Assembly (NCBI RefSeq): GCF_028641065.1
Contig: NC_073396.1
Span: 8,804,001-8,868,000, forward strand
Direction of reading: 5' to 3'
Length of the DNA: 64,000 nucleotides
Origin: Leucoraja erinacea
Lineage: Eukaryota
The position numbers were made by a program, and so were the translations under genes. The notes beneath the pieces were generated by a model. That model was given only the letters and a program-made list of their open reading frames with translations. It ran no database searches and was not told the origin of the DNA. Below are positions 25,591 to 37,600 of this stretch, in pieces (within the stretch, counting starts at the first letter, position 1; each line of letters opens with the position of its first letter).

Positions 25591-28175
25591 AGGTAGTCAC
25601 ACCTGCCTGTGTTTGACCCATATCCCTCCAAACCTGCCCTATTCAAGTACCTGTCTAAATGCTTCTTAAACAGATTTTAAGAAGGATATAGGCATCACTG
25701 GCAAGGACAACATTTATTGTCCTTCCCTGCTTCAAAGCCATCTCAGTGGGGCATTTCCGAGTCAACTGTAAATCAGGTTCTGTAAGGACAGTAGATTGCT
25801 TTGCCTGAAAGATATTAGTGAACAAGAAGAGCATTAATAAGATTCATCACTGATACTAGAGTTTTATTCTTGTTTTATTTAATTGCTTTGATTTACATAC
25901 CTTGGAAGCTTTCTGATCTACCTAGTTTGGCCTACATGTGACTACACACACGCTGGCCCACATGCTGCCTTGATGCTAAGGACAGTCAGTCAGTCTTATC
26001 TTGTCTCTGGACATCAACTCCATTGATCACGATTAGACCAAGGCTGAAAACGTAAGTTATTGACGCCTGAATTACAGACCTGCCAGAGACAGGTTTCATC
26101 ATTGTGACACAGGACACCATACTTGTAGGTGGATTGTCATGTCCTTGTGGTATACAAGGACAGAGATTGTTCATTGGCTGTCTCACCTTCAGCTGGACAA
26201 ATGCAGGCAGGACATGCATCTAAATGCGCAACAAATGGCAAAGCAAAACAGCCAAGGTTTTTCCGAAGATAAACACAAAATGTTGGAGTAACTCAGCGGG
26301 ACCGGCAGCATCTCTGGGGAGAACGAATGGGTGACGTTTCAGATCGAGACTCTTCTTCAGAGTCTGAACAAGGGTCTCGACCTGAAACATCATCCATTCC
26401 TTCTCTCCAGACATACTGCCTGTCCCACTGAGTTACTCCGGCATTTTGTGTGTATCTTCAGTGTAAACCAGCAACTGTAGTTCCTTCCTGCACAGCCATG
26501 GTTTTTTAGCTATTGTAAGTATTAAGGATGAGATCATGAGCGTTTGGAAAATAAATTTTATATATTTTTGGAAAAGTAAGCATAATATGGATTGGAAGAC
26601 CATTTTACAAATGCTACACGGTGAACAGATGTATAAGGTATAAAGAGTGGATGAGCTCAGGGTGAGCTCAGTTTAGGATAGAGGTGGGGTAAGATTCAGA
26701 ATGCCAGGAAGCTGGCACTCCCAGTCTGAAGAAGGGTCTCGACCCGAAAGATCACCTATTCCGTATTTCCGGAGTTGCTGCCTGACCCGATGAGTTACTG
26801 CAGTCTTTTGTGCCTATCTTCAGATAAACTCTTTGATAAGAAGACCCAGCGAGATAATATCTACTCCAAAGGCAAAAAAACTCCTAAAACCGAAGCTGGC
26901 TGGGGTGGTGTTCTGTTGAGGTGGTGAACCCAAAGAATCAGCATATCTGTGATGTGTATTTCATCAAACATGCCCACACCATATTGGGAGTCCAGGTGGG
27001 GCAAAGGTGTGGGGAGAGAAGGATTGAATGTTTCTCTCCCCATTGATGCTGCTGCATCTGCTAGAACTGAATGCATCCAACATTTTCTTTTTGTGCTTTC
27101 TGTTTTGGATTTGCAGCATCCGCAGTTTATTTTTGTCAAGGAAACACAAGCGTTGCCAAAAGATATGGAAGGGTGTTTTGGCATATTCAAATGCATGCTT
27201 TAAGCCCTCCGAAATAGGCGCAAAAAGCTGCAGTAACTCATCGGGTCAGGCAGCAACTCCGGAGAAAAAAAAATAGGTGACGTTTCATGTCGAGACCCTT
27301 CTTCAGACTGGGAGTCAGGGGAGAGGAAAACGAGAGATATGATAAGGTACAAAGAACAAATGAATGAAGTATACAAAAGGACAAAGCCATCAACGATGAT
27401 CAAGGAAAGGTGGAGCCCACAATGGTCCTTTGTTGGCTGTGGAGAAGGTGATAATGAGTGATACAAAAAGTGAAACTCGGCAGGACAACAGTGAGACTAG
27501 GGTGGGGGAGAATTTTTTTCCTCATATGAAACACTTCATCTTGGAAGCAGATGCAGGTGTAGAGGGAGGAATTGGGAGTAAGGGACAGAGTTTTTGCAGG
27601 AAGCAGGGTGGGAAAAATTGTAGTATAGAAAGTCGTGGGAGTCAGTGGGTTTATACTAGAAGTCAGTAGATAGTCCATCTCCTGGGATGGAAAAGGATGA
27701 GATGCAGTGTTCCTGTTGAATACATTAAGCAGCAAAACCCACCACCCTGTAGTTTCACTGTTTGTGTCACTTTCTCCTCAGCCTACACTGGACCATGATG
27801 GGCGTCCATCTTTTCTTGCTCACCATTGCTGGCTCTTATCTTATTTGTCCCTAAAAAAAGTAAAAGCAAAACATTTGCGTTGTGTTACTGCGTGGGGACA
27901 ATGCAGCCCGTGACATAAAGCCACCAAGCCACAATGGCAACTGAGGTGACATAGGAGCAACCCGAATAAAGGCGTTTCCATGCCGCGGTGGAGGTATCTT
28001 AGCAACAGAGGTGTAACGGGCCAGGGGTGGGGAGGTTGTTTGGCGAGTTGGTGTCAATGGAAGACGCCCGGGACGCATGAGGTTCCATTTGCAGCCAGGT
28101 CGTCCTGAACTGGGTTGCAATTCCGCGGCGGCTTCACACAAGGCGCTACTTATGTCCCAATAGACACGATAAGAG

Positions 28176-28673
28176 ATGGCACACACTTTCACGTTGAACG
28201 AGCTGGTCAACCTGTCCATCGGCACCCCCGAGGTGGGTGTGTGCAACTTCAACGCGTTGCATGCGCTCTTGCACGGTATCCTGGAGCACCTGAACCTACA
28301 GGACGCGCAGAAGACGGTGGAAGAAGTTGAGGTGGAGTTCATCAAACCCAAGAGGTCCAAGGACAAGGTCCCCGAGGATGAAGCGCCAGCTTCGGAAGAA
28401 ACCGCGGAGAAGGAGCCGAAGGAAAGCGGGAAATCGGTCTCGCTCTTCCACCAGCTGGAGGAAAAAGTGGCCAAGCTGCAGAACGCCATGGAGGTGTTGG
28501 GGCAGCTGCCCAGTGTCCCGGAGCTCATGGCCCGCAGCCAGGCGGAGACCAGCAGTCGCAAGTACTCGGTCAGCAGCAGCATCGGCGTGGGCGGAGCAGG
28601 GCCAGTGAAGGAGATGTGGCAACTCATGCAGGTCAAAAAAAAGGTGGAAGCCAACGAGGATGGAGTCCACAAG
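28176..28673 (+). CDS. C16orf96: C16orf96-like exon 1
   Basis: MAHTFTLNELVNLSIGTPEVG...VKEMWQLMQVKKKVEANEDGVHK; donor GTGCGG; CpG-rich. Confidence 0.9.
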
Positions 28674-31600
28674 GTGCGGCATTGGGTTTTAACTTTCCTT
28701 AGCTGTTATAGATACTTATCTATATATAAGTATTATATAAGTATATATACATAAGTATCTTTAGCATTATATATATATATATAAAGATTTTATATATAAA
28801 TCTTTATCTAAAGACTTTAAGACTTTTGCCTTCCATCACAGTGAGGAGGTGCCTGGTGAACTCCCTGTGGTGGATGTTAAATTTGTGTTTATTGTGTGTT
28901 TTGTTATTTGTATTACATGTATGACTGCAAGGCACTGCAAGGCAAACATTTTGTTCAGACCCACTTTGACATACCTTGACATATATATATATATATAAGC
29001 CTAGGTAAGTACTTGTAGTTCTCATCTCTCTCTTCCAAACCAGTACTGAGGCAGGGTTTTCCTCTACCAAGATCTCTCTTGGAGATTACTTCTGTTTTAT
29101 TTGCATTGTTTTTAGATGACTATTCCCAATAGAAACATAGAAACATGGAAAATAGGTGCAGGAGTAGGCCATTCGGCCCTTCGAGCCTGCGCCGCCATTC
29201 AATATGATCATGGCTGATCATCCAACTCGGTATCCCGTTCCTGCCTTCTCTCCATACCCCCTGATCCCTTTAGCCACAAGGGCCACATCTAACTCCCTCT
29301 TAAATATAGCCAATGAACTGGCCTCAACTACCTTCTGCGGCAGAGAATTCCAGAGATTCACCACTCTCTGTGTGAAAAAGGTTTTCCTCATCTCGGTACT
29401 AAAAGATTTCCCCCTTAATCTACCTTTACACTATACCATTCCCTGAGTTGGTGTTGGACAGGATAAAGGACATGGTACGACATTGTCACGGTAAATACTG
29501 CTGTCAGTTTGACTTTCTTTGCATTAAGCATGGTCTGCATACCAAGGGCACAAGGACGAATTGTGAGTATTTAAACAGGCAAATCAAAATGTGATGGGAA
29601 CTCTGACTTGCTGGGGGAAAGCAGCTGAACATTCAAGTTAAGATAGAGTTTAGGGATTGCTTCCATTCCCGCCTTCTACATAGTCATTGTCATAAGTTCC
29701 TACGCGATATGAGCAGAATTAGGCCATTCAGCCCATGAAGTCTACTCTGCCATTCAACCATGGCTGATCTATCTTTCCCTCTTAACCCCATTCTTCTGCC
29801 TTCATCCCATAATCCTTAACACCCAAACTGTCATTTTCTGCAAACTTTTTGAGGCTTTGGTTACAATTCTTCAGTAGTCCACACAACTCTTGGTAATTTC
29901 ACAGTTCCACTATTAGGTAGCTTACACACCCAATGGTATGATGGTCCTTACGGGTTTGTTTAGGGTTTTAACCATATCCACCTTTTTTAGCACTAAACTT
30001 TTCCATGTTTAAAACATGTTGCCTCTTCTGCTTCCCTACTGAATACTGAGGACCATCAAGCTTCAAGTGACTCCTTTTTGAGCATGGTCTCTCATTATTT
30101 GCACCAGGCACTTTTTCTGGCCTTATTAATCATTATTTCACGCATTGCATGATAATTTAAACGTTTGAAGTGATTTATTTTGTAGATTCCATCATACAAT
30201 TCTGTAACATTTCTAATTATCTCTCTTTATCATTGTGCACCCATTTCTATCTTTGAATGTACACAAAAATGCTAGAGAAACTCAGCGGGTGCAGCAGCAT
30301 CTATGGAGCGAAGGGACCAGCATTCTGGCAGGCAGGTTTGCCACAGCTACACGGGTGGCTTTAAACTGAATAAGGGGGGTGGGGTGTTGAATGGGACAGT
30401 GGAGGATGGAGTTAAAGGGAAAGGGTTTCTTAAATGTGTGAGCGTAGAGACCGAAGGGTGTAAAATGAGGGTAGAAGAAATAGGTAGCAAGGTGAAAAGT
30501 AAAAGTGGCAGGCAGGCAAAACCAGGGCAAAAATCAAAAAGGGCCACTTTTCAACATAATTGTATAAGGGGTAAGTGTTGTAAAAACAAGCCTGAAGGCT
30601 TTGTGTCTCAATGCAAGGAGCATTCGTAATAAGGTGGATGAGTTGAATGTGCAGATAGCTATTAATGACTATGATATAGTTGGGATCACGGAGACATGGC
30701 TCCAGGGTGGCCAAGGCTGGGAGCTGAACATCCAGGGATATTCAATATTCAGGAGGGATAGACAGAAAGGAAAAGGAGGTGGGGTAGCGTTACTGATTAG
30801 AGAGGGGATTAATGCAATGGAAAGGAAGGACATTAGTTTGGAGGATGTGGAATCGGCATGGGTAGAGCTGCAAAACACTAAGGGGCAGAAAACGCTGGTG
30901 GGTGTTGTGTACAGGCCACCTAACAGTAGTAGTGAAGTTGGAGATGGTATCAAACAGGAAATTAGAAATGCGTGCGACAAAGGCAAAACGGTTATAATGG
31001 GTGACTTCAATCTACATATAGATTGGGTGAATCAAATTGGCAGGGGTGCTGAGGAAGAGGATTTCTTGGAATGTATGCGGGATAGTTATCTAAATCAACA
31101 TGTAGAGGAACCAACGAGAGAGCAGGCTATTTTAGACTGGGTATTGAGTAATGAGGAAGGGTTAGTTAGCAATCTTGTTGTACGTGCCCCCTTGGGCAAG
31201 AGTGACCATAATATGGTTGAGTTCTTCATTAGGATGGAGAGTGACATTGTTAATTCAGAAACAATGGTTCTGAACTTAAAGAAAGGTAACTTTGAGGGTA
31301 TGAGACGTGAATTGGCCAAGATTGACTGGCAATTAATTCTAAAAGGGTTGACGGTGGATATGCAATGGAAGACATTTAAAGACTGCATGGATGAACTACA
31401 AAAATTGTTCATCCCAGTTTGGCAAAAGAATAAATCAGGGAAGGTTGTACATCCATGGATAACAAAGGAAATCAGGGATAGTATCAAAGCGAAGGATGAT
31501 GCGTACAAATTAGCCAGAAAAAGCAGCATACCGGAGGACTGGGAGAAATTCAAAGACCAGCAGAGGAGGACAAAGGGCTTAATTAGGAAAGGAAAAATAG

Positions 31601-34600
31601 ATTATGAAAGAAAACTGGCAGGGAACATAAAAACTGACTGCAAAAGTTTTTATAGATATGTGAAAAGAAAGAGATTAGTTAAAACAAATGTAGGTCCCTT
31701 GCAGTCAGAAACAGGTGAGTTGATCATGGGGAACAAGGATATGGCGGACCAATTGAATAACTACTTTGGTTCCGTCTTCACTAAGGAAGACATAAATAAT
31801 TTGCCGGAAATAGCAGGGGACCGCGGATCAAAGGAGTTGGAGGAATTGAGTGAAATCCAGGTTAGCCGGGAAGTGGTGTTGGGTAAATTGAATGGATTAA
31901 AGGCAGATAAATCCCCAGGGCCAGATAGGCTGCATCCCAGAGTACTTAAGGAAGTAGCTCCAGAAATAGTAGATGCATTAGTAATAATCTTTCAAAACTC
32001 TTTAGATTCTGTAGTAGTTCCTGAAGATTGGCGGGTAGCAAACGTAACCCCACTTTTTAAGAAGGGAGTGAGAGATTGGGGAATTACAGACCAGTTAGTC
32101 TAACATCGGTAGTGGGGAAACTGCTAGAGTCAGTTATTAAAGATGGGATAGCAGCACATGTGGAAAGTGGTGAAATCATTGGACAAAGTCAGCATGGATT
32201 TACGAAAGGTAAATCATGTCTGACGAATCTTATAGAATTTTTCGAGGATGTAACTAGTAGCGTGGATAGGGGAGAACCAGTGGATGTGGTGTATCTGGAC
32301 TTCCAGAAGGCTTTCGACAAGGTCCCACATAAGAGATTAGTATACAAACTTAAAGCACAAGGCATTGGGGGTTCAGTATTGAAGTGGATAGAGAACTGGC
32401 TGGCAAACAGGAAGCAAAGAGTAGGAGTAAACGGGTCCTTTTCACAATGGCAGGCAGTGACTAGTGGGGTACCCCAAGGCTCAGTACTGCGACCCCAGCT
32501 ATTTACAATGTATATTAATGATTTGGATGAGGGAATTGAAGGCAATATCTCCAAGTTTGCGGATGACACTAAGCTGGGGGGCAGTGTTAGCTGTGAGGAG
32601 GATGCTAGGAGACTGCAGGGTGACTTGGATAGGCTGGGTGAGTGGGCAAATGTTTGGCAGATGCAGTATAATGTGGATAAATGTGAGGTTATCCATTTTG
32701 GTGGCAAAAACGGGAAAGCAGACTATTATCTAAATGGTGGCCGATTGGGAAAGGGGGAGATGCAGCGAGACCTGGATGTCATGGTACACCAGTCATTGAA
32801 GGTAGGCATGCAGGTGCAGCAGGCAGTAAAGAAAGCGAATGGTATGTTAGCTTTCATTGCAAAAGGATTTGAGTATAGGAGCAGAGAGGTTCTACTGCAG
32901 TTGTACAGGGTCTTGGTGAGACCACACCTGGAGTATTGCGTACAGTTTTGGTCTCCAAATCTGCTGAAGGACATTATTGCCATAGAGGGAGTGCAGAGAC
33001 GGTTCACCAGACTGATTCCTGGGATGTCAGGACTGTCTTATGAAGAAAGACTGGATAGACTTGGTTTATACTCTAGAATTTAGAAGATTGAGAGGGGATC
33101 TTATAGAAACTTACAAAATTCTTAAGGGGTTGGACAGGCTAGATGCAGGAAGATTGTTCCCGATGTTAGGGAAGTCCAGGACAAGGGGTCACAGCTTAAG
33201 GATAAAGGGGAAATCCTTTAAAACCGAGATGAGAAGAACTTTTTTTTCACACAGAGAGTGGTGAATCTCTGGAACTCTCTGCCACAGAGGGTAGTTGAGG
33301 CCAGTTCATTGGCTATATTTAAGAGGGAGTTAGATGTGGCCCTTGTGGCTAAGGGGATCAGGGGGTATGGAGAGAAGGCAGGTACGGGATACTGAGTTGG
33401 ATGATCAGCCATGATCATATTGATTGGCGGTGCAGGCTCGAAGGGCCGAATGGCCTACTCCTGCACCTAATTTCTATGTTTCTATGAAATGGGCAACGTT
33501 TCAGGCCGAAACCCTTCTTCAGATCTTGGTATCCAGCTCCCCTGGATTATTCTAGTCCACCCTCGTAACATCTGTAAACATATCTCTGAGGAAATTGGTT
33601 CCTCACTTCTGCAATGACACTTCTTTATTGATCAATGTGACATTGGTCTTTAGTATTTTTAGCTTGTAGTAACAAAAATAAACGTATTGCTATCGAACTG
33701 ACCTTTATGTTTGAAATCACTACTGGGGAAAAATAGTTGTTATTGCACGACTGAAATGCTCAAGCCCTGAATCTCCTTTCCCTGTTTGTCACGGTTGCCA
33801 TAATAACGCACTTGTCTATAATATAATGTTTCTTGGGATTGTGACTATTGTGTTATAGCAGATAGAAGATAATCGTCACTGTTGCTGTTAATCTGCAATC
33901 AAAGTAATCGCATGTTTCCATTTTTTCAGGCGATGGGATCACTACAAGAATTGATGAATGCGATTAATCTCTTGACTAGCAACCATGAGAATATGAAGAA
34001 GGACCTTGAGAAAGTAAGTTGTTAGTTATTCCAGGAATTTAATATGCTGATATTTACCAATCGGGGCTAATCTTCATAATAATTTTGTTTTTAGTTTTAG
34101 AGATGCAGCGCGGGAACGGGCCCTTCGGCTGACAGAGCCCGCGCCGACCGGCTATCACTGTACATTATCTCTACCCTACACACACAAGGGACAATTCTTT
34201 ATTCATACACCAAGCCAATTAACCTACAAACCTGGACGTCTTTGGAGTGTGGGAGGAAAATGAAGATCTCGGGGAAAACCCATGCGGTCACGGGGAGAAC
34301 GTACAAACTCCATGCAGACAGCACCCGTTATGTGGATCAAATCCGGAACCCCGGTGCTGCAAGTGGTGTAAGGGAACAACTCTCCACTGCACCACCGTGC
34401 CACCTTCTTCTTCAATAATCTTCTTCTCTACCTTACTGTACCGTTAAGATACAAATTATGCATTTTACTTTTCTACTGGTTATACAAATGTCATATTTTC
34501 TGTGCATCAATTACCTGTTGAAATCTATCTTTGCTCCATAAAGACTCAAACTCTTCGCTGTCCTTCCCTCTTCCGTGCAATTGAGATTTTGGAGCAGTTC

Positions 34601-37600
34601 ATTTGTGCGACAGACTAGTTTCATTAATTTCCTGCATTCTTCATGAGGGGCATTGATAAGGTGAATGGACAGTCTATTTACCCCGGGTAGGGGAATCAAC
34701 AACCAGAGGACGTGGTTTTAAGGTAAAATGGGAAAGATTTAACAGGAACCTGAAAGACATATTTTTCATTCAGAGGGTGTTGGTTATATGAAATGAGCAA
34801 CAGGAGAGAGTTGATGCCGGTACAATAACATTTATAAGACACTTGGACAGGTACATGGGTAGGAGAGGTATAGAGGGAGAGTGACCAGATGCTGGTAAAT
34901 GGAACTAGCTCAGGTGAGGCATCTTGGCTGGCATGGACGAGTTGGGCCATAGGGCCTGTTTCAATGCTTTATAACTCTGACTCTCCAAGATACCAACAAT
35001 AACATGATACATGGGTAGGAAAGGTTTAGAGGGATAACGACCAGATGCGGGCAAATGGAACTAGCTTAGATGGGGGGCATCTTGGTTGGCATGGACGAGT
35101 TGGGCCGAAAGGCCTGTTTCCATGCTTTCCTATGACTCCCCAAGAATCCAAGAATAACGTGCATGGGTTTTGCTCGAACAAATTATTGCAGAGAGGGGAA
35201 AATTGCCTATTTGTGTCCAGTCGTTTCTTTGACTGGTTAGCACACAACAAAAAGCTTTTCACTGCACCTCAGTACATGTGACAATGCTAAACTAAATGAA
35301 GCTAAACTGCACTAAACATAAAATCAAACTAAATGGGGATATAGAACTGAGTAGAAAGAGTGGAAGAGTTAATAGGTGACTGAATTTCAGAGCAGCTTTT
35401 CAGACAGAACAGTAGTAAAATAGAAATCTTTACTCATAGTTTGGGATCAAGGAGACAATATTAAACCCCATGTAACCGCATTCACTTGGGACAGGGTAAT
35501 GTAAATGTAATGTAAGATGTAAATGTGGAGAATTTCTCATCAGTGTACATAGACCCAAGGAAATCTCGATGCTGGTTTACAAAGAAAGACAAAGTACTGG
35601 AGTAACTCAGCAGGTCAAACAACATCTATGGAGAACAGGGATTGACAATGTTTCTGGTCGAGACCCTTCTTTGTACACTGGCGGTCAGAGTATCTAAGTG
35701 TCTTTAAACAGAAAAGATTGACCTTTAAGGTTGCTGTCGAACTTCCAGAATGTAACATGGAGCATATTTTTAAAATTCCCGCAGATTTATTGGTTTTCTA
35801 GATTTGTGCAACATAGCAGTAACTAGGAATCTGAAATTGCAGGTTCCACTGGTGCCTTTTGTGAGCTTGGGGGGAGAGCCTTTTCCTCACTCATATTTAA
35901 GTAGATGGCAAAGGACACAAAGTAATGGAGCAACTCAGTAGGTCAGGCATCATCTCTGGAGAACATGGATAGATGACATTTTGGGTCGTGTACGTTCTTC
36001 AGACTGATTGCGGGGGTGGGAAAAGAAAGCTAGAAAATGCCCCGTAGACAGTATTGATTTGAATCACAGTCATATAGCATGGAAAAAGACACAATATGCT
36101 GGAGTAACTCAGCGGGACAGGTAGTATCTCTGGATAGCAGGAATGGGTGACGCTTCGGGTTGAGACCCTTCTTCAGCACGGAAACAGACCCTTGGGTCCC
36201 ACTAGACTGTGCTGAGCAAGATGTGTTTCTACACCAAGTCCATTTTTCTGCATTTGCTCTACTAGCTTCCTATACATGCACTTGCCCCAAAGCTTCTTAA
36301 ATGCTGTCATTGTGCCTACCTCTACCATGACCTCTGGCAGCTTGTTCCATATGTCCGCCACCCTCTAAGTGGAAGATCTCCTTCAAAAGGAATGATAGAA
36401 TAAGGATGAAGAGGTGTGCGCAAGGTATAATTGTTTATGATATTCGCGGCACTGTGTTTTCTGCGCCATATATCATTCAGTATGAATTTTCCCACTTGCG
36501 TCTGTGCTATGGGTTTTACTTTGAACCCCAATTTACTGCTTGTCTGTCCTTGAATCTAATTTTCAAACTTTAAATATTTTCAGCTGCAGCAAAGCAAAAC
36601 ACGGAACACTGAAGAGACGACTCGAAAATTGGTGAGTTATGCGCAGAAACTGTTTAAATTTTGATATCCAACCGACAAATAACCAAGTAATCTCAAGCTC
36701 TCTTCGCATTTCTGATACAAAATTGTTCTAAAAGTGAGGTAAAAATGATTTTAAAATGTAGAACTTAATAGTAACTTTTTAATGATTTTTTTTTCCTTGG
36801 CTCGAACAATAGATTTAGATTAGATTTTGAAAACTATGATTATGCTTAGATGAAAAGGTAACCATGTCCATGCAAACAACAAATTGTGTCCAGTTTAATT
36901 TTTAGTAAATCAATAATGTGCGGCAATAAAACTTTGATATGATGACACTGCCAAGTCCCTTCTCCAGTCTGAGGATGTGTGAACTGAATTCTCAGTGCTG
37001 CCTCTTGCACTCCAAAGAATGAAGTACTAGCCAAGAGTCGAGAGTGTTTTATTATCATACTAGACCAAGTGGGACCCGTTGGGTCCCTGTCACACGGGAA
37101 GCCTTGTTCCCCAACGCAACCCATTCTCCCAACGCAATATTCCACCACTCACGCATAGCCCCCAACTGCGCAGGTGCAGATCATTTCCCCTTATACACCT
37201 TCCCTCTTTTTAAACTTAAAAAAAAAATCCAATTGCACTTGCTGCCAGGAAAAAACAATCTAATTTTGCACTTACTGCCAGGACTCGGTGTCCTGGGATT
37301 TGCAACAATGTAACGGGCAGGGCCAGCAATTGGATTTGGATTTTTTACAGTGAGAAGTTAAGTGAAAAGTTAAATTTGTTAAATTGAAAATGTGAATAAC
37401 TTGTAAAATATACCATCAATCTGAACGAAACTTGATAAAAACACACCGCAGGACAATTGTGAGTAAGGTGGTCCAAAAATTGTAGCGCTAACGTGTACTG
37501 TTTTGGTGTAATTCTGGGAGCACATGGGCACGCACACAAAATCACAAACAAGATGAGTATTTTAGTAATATTTAGATGTCAAGAAATGGAACAGTTAAAT

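Noticed and set aside
27851-28682. 273-aa and 128-aa minus-strand ORFs
   Set aside because: They are antisense shadows of the GC-rich C16orf96-like exon 1 and have no recognisable motifs.
30669-33007. Minus-strand ORFs of 93-172 aa
   Set aside because: They are antisense shadows of CR1 ORF2.
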